From Candidatus Latescibacterota bacterium (GTDB taxonomy: Bacteria; Latescibacterota; UBA2968): a DNA stretch of 64,000 bases. Below are positions 9,981 to 19,834 of this stretch, piece after piece. The stretch is taken from assembly GCA_965205975.1 (NCBI GenBank), contig OZ242195.1, forward strand, positions 1,312,001-1,376,000, written 5' to 3'. Within the stretch, counting starts at the first letter, position 1; the number at the start of each line of letters is the position of its first letter. Under the pieces are notes generated by a model, which saw only the letters and a list, made by a program, of their open reading frames with translations, did not search any database and was not told the DNA's origin. The position numbers and the translations under genes were made by a program.

Positions 9981-11681
9981 TCACAGCGCGAGGGCAACAC
10001 CTATGCCGACGATGGGAATGAGCAGGTATTTGAGCAGTCCGCTGCGTCTGCCCTGGATATTGCCGAGGATAGATGTTTCCAATTTTTCATTTCCTGTTTT
10101 GTAATACAGGCATTCTGTACCGGGAGTCGCGGCGATGGCAGTAACCCCGGGCCAAACGGGTTTGATGCTGCCCATGGGATAGAGAATGATATTTTCTCGG
10201 TGGCGTTTGTAATCGCCCATTTTGACCAGAAGCGCGTATTCTCGACCAAAAGTAATTTGATCGGGTTGAACAATAGGACCGAGTTCGTCCCCGACTACGG
10301 TTTGCAAACGAACCGTATCCGACGCGGTTTTGGCGGTGGGCAACCACAGACTGACGCGCGGTGAGATGGGTAGAAAAGTGGGAGCATCTGAAACGCGGAA
10401 TGAAATGGGAATGGCCATGTTTTGCGTGTCTTTGAGCATATAATGGCCTTTGGGAAGGGTGATGGAAAACTCTTGCTGCCGATTGGCGATATTGTCGTTC
10501 AGGATGTGTTCGGCAAGGGCGACGAGGCTGTCGTGCATGGCCTGTTCGTGCGAGGAGGTGGCCGGGGGCACGGGTGCTTCTCGCGTGAAGCGCACCTGTT
10601 CAAAGCGCAGGGTTTTGGAAGGCAGGTTGCGAATGGCGAGATAGGCCGCATTTACGTTGACATCTAATCGCCCGAGGCGCGTGTGCCATTGTTCGGCAAA
10701 GCGCGTGAGATCGCCCAGGCGGGACTCGTTTTTCCCTGGAAGGGGATTGGGTTCCTGCTCAATGGGAAAAGGAGAACGCCCCCGGGCTTCTTCAAAGAGT
10801 GCGTGAGCTTCTGAGAAGCGGCGGTATTTGCCGAGTACAATGCCGCGGTACACGTCAATTTGCGACAGCGCGCGGAGCAGGCCGCGTTCGCTTTTTCCCA
10901 TAAGACGCATCGTGCGTTCTAATTCGCGCGTCTGGTGGCTATAGTATTTCAGGTCTTCGATAAAAGGCATCAGGCGCGGATCGCTGAGGCGGATAGACGC
11001 ATTGGTTTCAACCGCGGGGACTGTTTCGCCAATGGCCAGGGCAGCGGCGAGGAGTTGCACGCTTTCGGCGAGGTATTGGTCTGCGATATCCACGAGACCG
11101 GGGATGGACAATTCCGTGAGTGGCAGCGGATTGCGGGTAAGCCTAATTTCTATGAGTTTGCCACGCGGGGGCAGAAAGAGGTCTTGTTCGATGAGGTTAA
11201 AGCCGGGTTTGCTGATTTCGAGATGGTATTTGCCCACAAAAAGGTCCGACATATAAGCCACATTGCCGCGTCCGATGTTGATAAACCCGGTGATGGTCGT
11301 GTCTTGATCTGCAAACCGAAGGTGTATTTCCGCGCCTAAAGCCGCGAGTTGATCGGATCGGATCTCCAGACGTGCTTTCTGACGTATGAGCGCGATATGC
11401 ACCGTATCTGCCAAAACGGTTGTCGTAAATGTGCGCGTGTAGGGCTGGTAGCCGTGTGCATACGCCTGAATTTTATCGCCAATGTTCAGCAACTTTTCTG
11501 TGGCAAATGGCGTATAACCCGCTTCCTGCCCATTGATGAAGATCTGGGCACCTGTGGGTTCTGAGCGAATGTGGATTTTCGTCTTGAGAAGCATCCTCGG
11601 CGCAGGCTCTGTTTCTTGAGCCTGGATATAGAACGGTGTGGTCAGCAGGATGCAAAATAAAATGAATCGCAGTGTGTTCAT
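9981..11681 (-). CDS. PEGA-domain protein with signal peptide and C-terminal membrane anchor
   Basis: Start MNTLRFILFCILL overlaps the upstream stop (ATGA); IRSEPTGAQIFINGQEAGYTP is PEGA-like; ends LLKYLLIPIVGIGVALAL. Confidence 0.8.
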   Translation of the reverse strand: MNTLRFILFCILLTTPFYIQAQETEPAPRMLLKTKIHIRSEPTGAQIFINGQEAGYTPFATEKLLNIGDKIQAYAHGYQPYTRTFTTTVLADTVHIALIRQKARLEIRSDQLAALGAEIHLRFADQDTTITGFINIGRGNVAYMSDLFVGKYHLEISKPGFNLIEQDLFLPPRGKLIEIRLTRNPLPLTELSIPGLVDIADQYLAESVQLLAAALAIGETVPAVETNASIRLSDPRLMPFIEDLKYYSHQTRELERTMRLMGKSERGLLRALSQIDVYRGIVLGKYRRFSEAHALFEEARGRSPFPIEQEPNPLPGKNESRLGDLTRFAEQWHTRLGRLDVNVNAAYLAIRNLPSKTLRFEQVRFTREAPVPPATSSHEQAMHDSLVALAEHILNDNIANRQQEFSITLPKGHYMLKDTQNMAIPISFRVSDAPTFLPISPRVSLWLPTAKTASDTVRLQTVVGDELGPIVQPDQITFGREYALLVKMGDYKRHRENIILYPMGSIKPVWPGVTAIAATPGTECLYYKTGNEKLETSILGNIQGRRSGLLKYLLIPIVGIGVALAL

Positions 11682-13066
11682 GGGGAGGTATCCTGTTTTT
11701 TGCTGAGTAGCGCGCTGTTGTGCTTTTCTTCGAGTTGACGCGCTTGCACATAGTTGCCCTGACTTTTGGCAATCCGATGAAATTCTTCCCAGTAGCGTTC
11801 TGGCGCGATGCGATAGGCCATTTCCGCGGCCTGGTATGCTCTGTCTCCCACATTTTGCAGATTGGAGTTGAAATAGGCAATCGCCAGGGTGATCAGGGCT
11901 TCGCCGCGGTCTTGCCAGCCAAAGGAGGTTACAGGATAAATAGTTGAGATGGCCTCTCGGTACGCGCCTTCTTTGAGTTTTACGCTCGCCAAACTGAGCG
12001 AAAGCCCGCCATAGGTATCGCACACTCTCGGTTCGAATTGGTTGTGCGCGTATGCGTATTTGGCATATTCAACGGCTCTGGGCAAGTCGTCTCGGTACGC
12101 GGTGAAGGCCATGTCGAGATAGAGGGCGGCGCGAGAGGTGTCGGATCTCGCATAGACCAGAGCGCGTTGCATAGCGTGGATTGCGCGGTTGGCTTCTTCT
12201 TCCTTGCTGTGGCGCAATCCCTTGAGGCGGTAGATGGCACAGCGCATGTTATAGCCGCCGTCAAAGCGCGCGGCAGCGAGCACTTGATTGAACCAGTCGG
12301 GGTTGTCGCCCAAAACGCCGCGGGAAGATGCGGCGGCAATTTTTGGGATGTAAAAATCGGGTTCTATGCCTTCAAAATTCGCCTGCCCGGCGGTTTCGAT
12401 CAGGTTCAGACTGTTTTCGATATAGACGCTTAAATAAGCCTGGAGGGTATCGCTCATGCTGCTGCGTTGCGGCGCGGCATAGACAATTTCCTTTTGCGTT
12501 CTGCCGAGAATCGCCATCCAAATGTCGCGCAGACCACCCTCTGCGAGATGCCATATCCGGTGCAAGGAGTCAATTGTTGCGGGTTGAAAGCGCGAGGGTA
12601 TCCAGGTGCTGTCTCGCAATACTGGCGGGGGCAAATCCAGCGGCAGAGGTTGGCGGTTGTTTTCGCGCTCAAGCACGAAGTTGGCACGCGCCATCGCGTA
12701 TTTGACGGTGAGACGTCCCAATTCGTAGCGAATATCGGGGTCTTGCTCGCGGTCAAGCGCCGTGCGGTAGGCGTCGGCACTTTTTCTGAGCAGGTCCAAT
12801 CGGTTGGGCGCGTCCTGGCCCGTGTCGTAGGCACGCTCGCCTGCCGTGCCCAGCCAGATATAATAGGCACTGGTAAAGATGAGGGCCTGGTTGCACGCAC
12901 GCTCAAAATGTGCGACGGCTTCAATATATCGCCCAAGCGCGTAAGCACTGCGGCCCTGCTCAAAAGACTGATAGGCGAGGCTGTCATCCTTTCCCTGTGC
13001 AAAAGAAAGGGCTGGCAAAATCAAAAAAGCGAATATAAGGAAGATTTTTTTCATAAGCGACCTCAC
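11678..13066 (-). CDS. Exported TPR-like helical repeat protein
   Basis: Signal peptide MKKIFLIFAFLILPALSFA; TPR-like FEQGRSAYALGRYIEAVAHFERA and further helical repeats; GTGA overlap with the upstream gene. Confidence 0.75.
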   Translation of the reverse strand: MRSLMKKIFLIFAFLILPALSFAQGKDDSLAYQSFEQGRSAYALGRYIEAVAHFERACNQALIFTSAYYIWLGTAGERAYDTGQDAPNRLDLLRKSADAYRTALDREQDPDIRYELGRLTVKYAMARANFVLERENNRQPLPLDLPPPVLRDSTWIPSRFQPATIDSLHRIWHLAEGGLRDIWMAILGRTQKEIVYAAPQRSSMSDTLQAYLSVYIENSLNLIETAGQANFEGIEPDFYIPKIAAASSRGVLGDNPDWFNQVLAAARFDGGYNMRCAIYRLKGLRHSKEEEANRAIHAMQRALVYARSDTSRAALYLDMAFTAYRDDLPRAVEYAKYAYAHNQFEPRVCDTYGGLSLSLASVKLKEGAYREAISTIYPVTSFGWQDRGEALITLAIAYFNSNLQNVGDRAYQAAEMAYRIAPERYWEEFHRIAKSQGNYVQARQLEEKHNSALLSKKQDTSP

Positions 13067-14427
13067 GAATTGCTCAGGGCGCGGTTGAGAAAGCGGATGC
13101 CCCGGCGCGCTTCGGTTTCTATGTGAAGGGCTTTGTCTATGCCCGAGCGTGCAAAAATCTGAATATCGTCGAGTTGGCCCAGCCGAAATGTGAGGATAAA
13201 TGCAACACCGTCGGCAAATTGTATTCTGGCTTTGTCTGGCGCCAATGTGAGTTGGGCATTTTCATATATTCTGTTTTGAGGCATTTTCAGTCGAGAAAGT
13301 GCGCGCTGGATACGGGTTAGCTGCACGAGTTCTGCCGAGAGACCAGCCGATGTATGAAAGTTGGAAAAACCAATGCGTCCAGCAGGTCGGTAGCCTTTGA
13401 GATCGGTGGATTCTGCTTGTTGCTCAGGCTGATCTTTACCCGCGCTCGCGCCAGTTGATGGCAATGTGGTAGGGGTGGGGGCGGGCATACTCATCGTGGG
13501 ACGCGCGACATGGACTTCTGGCCGCGAACCAAAAAACGAGGAGGGATTCGCGCCTCTGTCCAGATTGGGTGCCGAGACACGGGGCGGGGGTTTTAATCCA
13601 CCGAGCGATGGTCTGTCGAGTTGGCGCGGAATATCGGGTAGTGATGCGAGTGCCAATTTCGGTTTGTCCGGCAGCGCGATTTTAGGACGAGGCGCTGGCT
13701 TTGGGGCAGCCTGCACCCGGGGTTCTGGATCTGGTTTTGTTACGTTGACGTCCTCCCGCGTGTTTTTGCTCATGTCAAAGATGCCCTGTGCACTTACGAG
13801 CATATCTTCAAAATTTGTGACAATGGCTTTGAATGCCCGCCCGCCTTGGGGAGGACTCAGTGCTAATAGCAAGACGATGCCCAGTGCAAACGCACCGGCC
13901 AATGCGGGTAAAAAGCGTTGTTGTGTGCGTTGAATAGGGGCATAGGGTAAGCGGATGGACTGTGGTGGGGGAACTATCGCCTGGTCAGGAACAAGGGCGA
14001 TGGCGATTTCTATTTCATGTCGGCGATTGGGGAAGTCCGCCCAGAGTTTGGAAAGCCCCAGATAGTTCTGCCTGGCTACAAGCGCGCATGCTTCGTGAAA
14101 GATATGGTCCTTGTAGAAGCGGTTGATGATTTCGCGTGAGGGCAATTTGAAATGGCTCGATGGCGAAATCTGCCCTATGCGCACCTCAAAGCTGTCGGTT
14201 TTCAATGGAGGGGCATACCCCAGGTCTCGCAACTGTTTGAAGAGGTGTTCGATGGCCTGGTGATAGTCGCTTGTAAAGCGTTCGGGCGAGGGATAATTAC
14301 ATGCTCGCCGCGCCTCAGACAAGTTGCGAGCGCGCAGTATGGCAGATAATACGCTAAAAAATTTGGGATGATCCTTTCGCATGCTTTCAGCAGCACTCTG
14401 GATCATTTTTTTTTCACGGGGAGACAT
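13063..14427 (-). CDS. Single-pass membrane protein with proline-rich linker (TonB/TolA-like architecture) and extra N-terminal domain
   Basis: About 170 aa soluble N-part, TM ALAGAFALGIVLLLAL, PDPEPRVQAAPKPAPRPK-rich linker and a small C-terminal domain; follows exbBD-like genes. Confidence 0.65.
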   Translation of the reverse strand: MSPREKKMIQSAAESMRKDHPKFFSVLSAILRARNLSEARRACNYPSPERFTSDYHQAIEHLFKQLRDLGYAPPLKTDSFEVRIGQISPSSHFKLPSREIINRFYKDHIFHEACALVARQNYLGLSKLWADFPNRRHEIEIAIALVPDQAIVPPPQSIRLPYAPIQRTQQRFLPALAGAFALGIVLLLALSPPQGGRAFKAIVTNFEDMLVSAQGIFDMSKNTREDVNVTKPDPEPRVQAAPKPAPRPKIALPDKPKLALASLPDIPRQLDRPSLGGLKPPPRVSAPNLDRGANPSSFFGSRPEVHVARPTMSMPAPTPTTLPSTGASAGKDQPEQQAESTDLKGYRPAGRIGFSNFHTSAGLSAELVQLTRIQRALSRLKMPQNRIYENAQLTLAPDKARIQFADGVAFILTFRLGQLDDIQIFARSGIDKALHIETEARRGIRFLNRALSNS

Positions 14428-14435
14428 ATTCTATT

Positions 14436-14966
14436 TTACAACTTTCTTTTTTGACTTTCAAGCCCCCATTGCACAGTCTTAAATCCACTGTTGTTGAGGG
14501 CGTCGTACACGCCAACGGTATAAGTCACGGTTGCATCGCGTTCAAAATAGAGGCGCACCAAAATGTCATTGGGCTCAAATCCATGTTGTGCCTGTAGTGC
14601 GAGTAAAGCTTTTTTTACGGACAAAAATACAGCGCGTTCAATGCCGACCTGGTCGTTATCTGTGCGGTCTTGAAAGACCATATGCTCTTCCGTCGCAACC
14701 CCGCCTTTGTCAAATTGTACATAGGATTTTCCGATGATGATCTGCAAAAAACGCTCATCTGTGGGGTGGGGGGCAGAGCCTTTTTCGTCGGGTGCTTTAA
14801 TAAAATTGAGTTTTTGTGCGTGAACAAAGCGGTTGTGCAAATTGGCGAGATGGGTTTGCCACACGTTCTGAATGATAAAAAATGTTAGCAGCAAAAACAA
14901 GACATCAATAAACCCTTCGCCCGTGTCTAAAAGTGCTGCCAAAGGTCGCCTGTTGCGATGTCTCAC
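14436..14966 (-). CDS. ExbD/TolR-like protein
   Basis: TM FIDVLFLLLTFFII carrying the conserved Asp; periplasmic domain with ...ERDA...VYDALNNSGF. Confidence 0.8.
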   Translation of the reverse strand: MRHRNRRPLAALLDTGEGFIDVLFLLLTFFIIQNVWQTHLANLHNRFVHAQKLNFIKAPDEKGSAPHPTDERFLQIIIGKSYVQFDKGGVATEEHMVFQDRTDNDQVGIERAVFLSVKKALLALQAQHGFEPNDILVRLYFERDATVTYTVGVYDALNNSGFKTVQWGLESQKRKL

Positions 14967-14967
14967 G

Positions 14968-16221
14968 TCAATCTCCTATTCCTTCCCTCTTACCTATATC
15001 TATCTGATAAAAGTGCTGAATCAGGTTGAGCATGCGCGCCCGATGTTGCAGACTGCGGGCTTTGGTTTTTCGTATGAGGATCATGGATAGAATGCGTCCG
15101 AGAAATCCAATGGCTGTGGTTACAAGAGCAAAGTTGATATAATGCGCCATTTTGAGCTGGGTTTGGGCTGGGCCTTCGCCGACTTTCATGGTGTCTTCTA
15201 AAATTTTGAAGGCGTCTATCATGCCAATCACTGTGCCCAAAAGGCCCATGGAGAGCGATAGAAGGCCCAACATGCCAAAGCCTTCGGACAGGCGATCCTC
15301 AATTTCATCAAAGAGAAGATAGATTTTGTCGGTGCATCGCTCGACCAATCGCGCCTGGTCAGATGCGATTTCAGATTCGACAGATGTGAGGATAGCATAG
15401 AGTTCTGTGTTTTCAGACAGGGCGTAATCGGCGTTGTATTGCCCGCCCCATAGCAGGTTAATGCCCTCCTTCTGAACAATTTGCGCGTCGGAATTGGTGA
15501 AGAAGCGGTCGGGTGATAAGTCGTGAGATAAGACCTGGGCATAGCGCACAACCATATAGAAGGGCAAGGCGATCAGAAGCAGAATTAAAACTGTAGAAAG
15601 TGGACCGCTGATGTTGGAGATATAGCGTCCAATAGATTCGGCCAAATCACCGCCGCGAACAACCGTGGGTACGGCATTGTCGGCTGCAAACGCGATTTGG
15701 ATGTCCTCAAACTTGTATTCGAGCATCTGCGTATTGGGCGCAATGGGACCATCGGGTGTCTGGTCAAAGCCCATCGCATAGCTCCGGTTGTTGTACTGAA
15801 AGCTCAAATCGTCAATCACGGCACTGTGGCTGGCATTGCGCGTGCGAATGACGAGGCTGTCGATGGGCATGTCGGGTATTGCGATCCATTCGCGTTGCGT
15901 ACCAGCGTGATAGGTCGAATCACGCCCCTGTGTGTGTACGATTACGGCGATGGGTAAAAAACGATCTACATTCTTAAAGCGGATATCCGTGACTGCAATT
16001 TTTTGATTTGGATTGTCGGGTTGTTGGAATGTGACGGTAAGTGCCTTCCAAAAAGTTCCCCCCTGAAGGACTTGCCCACCTTGCAGTCCGGTGATAGCTC
16101 CATCGAGCCAGATCGCCGCTTTTGTGCAGATATAGAGGCCAACAAAGAGGGTAGCGAGATAGAGTGCTACCTGGGCAATGGGACTTTTTTTTAGAATGGG
16201 ATGATTTAGAATCTGTGCCAT
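14968..16221 (-). CDS. MotA/TolQ/ExbB proton-channel family protein with inserted extracytoplasmic domain
   Basis: GLLGTVIGMIDAF and ALVTTAIG motifs; two further N-terminal TMs flank a roughly 150 aa soluble domain. Start uncertain (16221-16287). Confidence 0.85.
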   Translation of the reverse strand: MAQILNHPILKKSPIAQVALYLATLFVGLYICTKAAIWLDGAITGLQGGQVLQGGTFWKALTVTFQQPDNPNQKIAVTDIRFKNVDRFLPIAVIVHTQGRDSTYHAGTQREWIAIPDMPIDSLVIRTRNASHSAVIDDLSFQYNNRSYAMGFDQTPDGPIAPNTQMLEYKFEDIQIAFAADNAVPTVVRGGDLAESIGRYISNISGPLSTVLILLLIALPFYMVVRYAQVLSHDLSPDRFFTNSDAQIVQKEGINLLWGGQYNADYALSENTELYAILTSVESEIASDQARLVERCTDKIYLLFDEIEDRLSEGFGMLGLLSLSMGLLGTVIGMIDAFKILEDTMKVGEGPAQTQLKMAHYINFALVTTAIGFLGRILSMILIRKTKARSLQHRARMLNLIQHFYQIDIGKREGIGD

Positions 16222-16369
16222 GTATTCTCGGTATTTGGACATGTAATAAGGAATCTCCACATACATCATATTAGAACTGATTTGCAAAATCTAAGGCTTT
16301 ATTCCGAAATTATCCACCAAAACTTTTAACCATATGGGGTGAAATTGATTCGGTCCTGACAACTGAAAG

Positions 16370-16416
16370 AAGCCCCGTCTAAAATCGCTTGCACGATCTC
16401 GGATGGGGCTTTTTTT
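16370..16416. terminator. Terminator-like hairpin
   Basis: AAGCCCCGTCT...GGATGGGGCTT followed by a T-run. Confidence 0.55.
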
Positions 16417-16433
16417 ATACTCATCATTTCTTT

Positions 16434-17165
16434 TTATCCCGCAATGATCATATAGCTAAACCATTCGCTGTGGGGATTTTTGATGTGATAGGACAGGCCG
16501 GGGGGTATGTGGACCACGTCGCCTTCTGTGATGTGCTGTTCGCCATCAGATGTGATGAGGATGCCCCTGTTTTCCAGAATCCAGAAGCCGAGTTCTATGT
16601 CGTCATAACATCGCGCAATGCTCTGCTGGCCGGGTTGTACGGCTTCGCGGTCGATGAAGGCGATGGATTTTAAGCATCCCGTGTTTTCTTCGGCGACAGG
16701 GCCGAGTTGATGCCAGCGAATCGCGCCCGCGCCATCGCTTACGGGCAAAACATCTTCCCAGTTGCGGATCACACATTCGCCTCCGGGTGCGGTGTCGATA
16801 TTTTTGCTGAGGACGAGGTGTTCGAGCCATTCGTCGTTCATGTCGTTGAACATCTGATGGTAAATATCTGCGGGCAAATACACGGCGTCGCCGGGGCGTA
16901 CGGCAAAGCGGTCTTCTCCTACGAGGACTTCGCCGCTGCCGCTGATGATATAATACGCTTGTTCGACTTGCTGATGTTTGTGGTGGTCGGAGGTTTTGCG
17001 CCCTTGAAGTCCGTGTTTGACAATGCCCTGAATATTGTGCAACTGCGGTGAGTCGTCTTCACCGTGTTTGGGCGTCGCATTTCTCTGTCTTAACCCCGGC
17101 CAGCGAATCGCGCTCAGGTGCGCTACTTCGGGTTGTTGGTCTCGCCAGTTTTTGATGTATGCCAT
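16434..17165 (-). CDS. Double cupin-domain protein
   Basis: HHKH..VEQAYYIISGSG and GDAVYLPADIYH, plus a second GDVVHIPPG; AGGAGG RBS before MAYIKNW. Confidence 0.88.
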   Translation of the reverse strand: MAYIKNWRDQQPEVAHLSAIRWPGLRQRNATPKHGEDDSPQLHNIQGIVKHGLQGRKTSDHHKHQQVEQAYYIISGSGEVLVGEDRFAVRPGDAVYLPADIYHQMFNDMNDEWLEHLVLSKNIDTAPGGECVIRNWEDVLPVSDGAGAIRWHQLGPVAEENTGCLKSIAFIDREAVQPGQQSIARCYDDIELGFWILENRGILITSDGEQHITEGDVVHIPPGLSYHIKNPHSEWFSYMIIAG

Positions 17166-17188
17166 GTTCGCCTCCTGATGGTGAAGAA

Positions 17189-17250
17189 ATCCGCAGATGA
17201 AAATAATTATCCGCAGATGTACGCTGATGTACGCAGATAAAAATAGATGA
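17189..17250 (+). repeat. CGCAGAT 10-bp-period tandem repeat, copy 1
   Basis: ATCCGCAGATGA...ATCCGCAGATGTACGCTGATGTACGCAGATAA. Confidence 0.85.
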
Positions 17251-17332
17251 AAACAACAGTTAGTCACAATTTATCATGACTTTCCAGTTGATGCAATTTG
17301 GAAGTCATAAGGTAAACGCGAGGAGATCGACA

Positions 17333-18793
17333 ATGCAGGATCCCTATTCACTGATTGGCGTTCGTTCATTTATCAATTGCTGTGGTACGCGAACGATTCA
17401 CGGAGGGACGCTGATGTTGCCGCAGGTGCGCGAAGCGATGATGGCTGCTTCGCGCTTTTTTGTCAATATGGATGAACTCATGGCGGGGGTGGGTAAGCGT
17501 TTATCCCTGCTCACGGGAGCGGAGTGGGGGATGGTGGCCTCTGGCGCAGCGGCATGCCTGTGTCACGCGACAGCGGCCTGTGTCACGGGTGGCGATCCCG
17601 AGTTGATGTTTCGGTTGCCCGATACGAGCGGGATGAAGCGCGAGGTCGTCATGCCCAGAGAAAGCCGATTTACCTATGATCACGCCATTCGTTCGGTGGG
17701 TGTGACAATCGTGGAAGTGGATAATCTCAGGGAAATGGATGCGGTGCTCGACCGGGAACAGGTGGCCATGGTCGCCTTGCTGGGGACCTGGGAGGCGGAT
17801 ATGACGCTTGAAGCGATTGTCGAGATGGCGCGTCCGAGAGGTATCCCTGTGCTGGTCGATGCGGCGTCGGAGCATCTCCAATCTCCTGAACCATATACCA
17901 GTCGCGGGGCGAATTTGGTCGCTTATAGCGGGGGCAAATACCTGCGCGGGCCTCAGCCTACGGGATTGTTATTAGGCGATCGCGACCTCGTTGAGGCCGC
18001 CTGGGTGCATGCTGCACCGCATCACACGCTTGGCCGTGCAATGAAGATTGGCAAAGAGGAAGTTATAGGCATTTTAGCGGCTGTGGAATATCTGCTGGTG
18101 GGACGCGATCCCAGGCGCGAATTCGAGGGCTGGATTGCCGATCTCGAGACGATTGTGCGGCATGTAACGCGTTTATCGGGTGTAGAAGCTGAAATTCTCG
18201 TGTCTGATCAGTCAGATGTTCCCAGGTTGGAAATCCGTTGGAATGGAGATCGCATTGGCCTGACGGGTCTTGAATTGCGCGAACAACTTTTGTGCGGCGA
18301 CCCACGCATTATGCTGGATGATCGAGGGGCAACGGATACGTCTATTTTTATTTTGCCATTTTCGCTACAACCCGGAGAAGCAGATATTGTTGGTAGGCAC
18401 ATTCGCGATGCATTATCCCACGCGCCTTTGCCCGCGAAAGAAAAGAAGCGAGAACCCGTTGATGTGTCGGGTGCCTGGGAAATTGAAATCGCGCTGGCGA
18501 GAAAAACAGCGCGTCATCGCGTGGATATCGAGCAAATTGCCGGCGTCCTAACAGGCACTCACCAGACGCGCTGGCTAAAAAATGCGCTAAATGGCTCGGT
18601 GAATGGAGATGAAATCGCATTTACGAGCCAGCATCGTTTTGAGGGAACCCATCTGTCTTATCGGTTTGTGGGCACAGTGTCGGGTGACGAAATGCGCGGC
18701 GAAGTTGAAATGGGCAGTTCGGGACAGTCTGCACCCGGGCCGTTGAATCAGCGAGAATATGGTACAGCGAGATGGCGGGCGGTGAGGCAATAG
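17333..18793 (+). CDS. SelA-like PLP-dependent enzyme with extra C-terminal beta domain
   Basis: INCCGTRT, VLVDAAS, YSGGKYLRGPQ (PLP lysine) and GRAMKIGKEE. Confidence 0.85.
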   Translation: MQDPYSLIGVRSFINCCGTRTIHGGTLMLPQVREAMMAASRFFVNMDELMAGVGKRLSLLTGAEWGMVASGAAACLCHATAACVTGGDPELMFRLPDTSGMKREVVMPRESRFTYDHAIRSVGVTIVEVDNLREMDAVLDREQVAMVALLGTWEADMTLEAIVEMARPRGIPVLVDAASEHLQSPEPYTSRGANLVAYSGGKYLRGPQPTGLLLGDRDLVEAAWVHAAPHHTLGRAMKIGKEEVIGILAAVEYLLVGRDPRREFEGWIADLETIVRHVTRLSGVEAEILVSDQSDVPRLEIRWNGDRIGLTGLELREQLLCGDPRIMLDDRGATDTSIFILPFSLQPGEADIVGRHIRDALSHAPLPAKEKKREPVDVSGAWEIEIALARKTARHRVDIEQIAGVLTGTHQTRWLKNALNGSVNGDEIAFTSQHRFEGTHLSYRFVGTVSGDEMRGEVEMGSSGQSAPGPLNQREYGTARWRAVRQ

Positions 18794-18813
18794 GCCATTT
18801 GGAGACCAGGGCG

Positions 18814-19806
18814 CTATCTGAAAATGGATACATTTTTTCCAGTTTTACCCGATTCCATTGCGGCAAAGATGAGTGCCATTGTTTTGCGTACATCACGAGC
18901 TGATGCTTGCGCGAGGGGGCGATTGTCGCGGATGGCTGTGAGAAATTCGAGGTGAATGGTGGGTTCGCCTGCGAGGTGAACGGTTTCGGGTATGTGCTGT
19001 TCTTTGCCATTGAGCAATAGTGGTCCGCTGGTGCCATTGAGGTGAATGACGCCTTCGTCGCCCATTACGGTCCATTCCGTACCCGCCTGATGGTGAAAAG
19101 AGAGGGCGCAGTTGAGGATGGCATTGCTTTCTGTTGTGGCGATGAGAGAGACTTCGTCTTCGATGTCGATATCGGGGTGTGGATCGATATTTTGCACGAT
19201 TGCCGAGACGGAGACGGCTTTTTCATCGATCCACCACAAGAGTACATCGAGCGAGTGAACGCCAATGCCGGGTAGAATGCCGCCCGACAATTCCTGACGC
19301 GCAAACCAGCTATTTTCGTCGCCGCCGCGTCCTGATCCAAGCCTGCGGTGGATGACGTGGCGAATTTTTCCCACAGCTTTTTCTTCGAGTAGCTTTTTGA
19401 CCTGGCGAATCGCTGTTGAAAAACGCTGGCTCTGTCCAGACATGAGCAATTTGCCTCTGGCTTCGGCGGTAGCGATCATGTCATCGACATCTGCGAGGGT
19501 AAGCGCCATGGGTTTTTCGATGAGGGTATGCAACCCTTTTTCCAGACAGGCAATGGTGTAATCGCGGTGCAGGAAGTTGGGTACGGCAATGATTGCAGCA
19601 TCTGCTTCCACATTTGCAAGCGCGTCGTCGAGGCTGTCAAAGGTAGTTGACACACCATACTGGGTTTTTAGATTATTGCGTGCGTCTTCGGATGGATCAA
19701 CACCGGCGACAATAATGCCGAGTTCGGACAAGGACTTCAAACTGTCGGCATGGCCCAAAGCCATGCGACCACAACCGACGAGCAAAATGTGAATGGGGAG
19801 GGACAT
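18814..19806 (-). CDS. Gfo/Idh/MocA family oxidoreductase
   Basis: LVGCGRMA and HTLIEKPMA. Confidence 0.92.
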   Translation of the reverse strand: MSLPIHILLVGCGRMALGHADSLKSLSELGIIVAGVDPSEDARNNLKTQYGVSTTFDSLDDALANVEADAAIIAVPNFLHRDYTIACLEKGLHTLIEKPMALTLADVDDMIATAEARGKLLMSGQSQRFSTAIRQVKKLLEEKAVGKIRHVIHRRLGSGRGGDENSWFARQELSGGILPGIGVHSLDVLLWWIDEKAVSVSAIVQNIDPHPDIDIEDEVSLIATTESNAILNCALSFHHQAGTEWTVMGDEGVIHLNGTSGPLLLNGKEQHIPETVHLAGEPTIHLEFLTAIRDNRPLAQASARDVRKTMALIFAAMESGKTGKNVSIFR

Positions 19807-19834
19807 CGGGTTCTCCGTTTACTGGATGGGTTGA

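Noticed and set aside
11682..12023. N-terminal extension of the 680-aa PEGA ORF, and similar extensions of clpB, mutL, phnX, cytochrome b and the MFS gene
   Set aside because: They overlap neighbouring genes or terminators; downstream starts have an RBS, signal peptide or stop-start coupling.
14436..16221. Zorya (ZorAB) or flagellar MotAB
   Set aside because: The partner is ExbD-like with no OmpA-type peptidoglycan-binding domain, the A subunit has no long cytoplasmic tail, and there are no zorC/D/E or flagellar genes.
16336..16356. tmRNA 5' end (GGGGTGAAATTGATTCG)
   Set aside because: Only a short resemblance; there is no room for the RNA body and no matching T-arm or CCA 3' end.
17333..18793. 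True selenocysteine synthase selA
   Set aside because: It lacks the SelA N-terminal tRNA-binding region, has an extra C-domain, and no selB, selC or selD is nearby.
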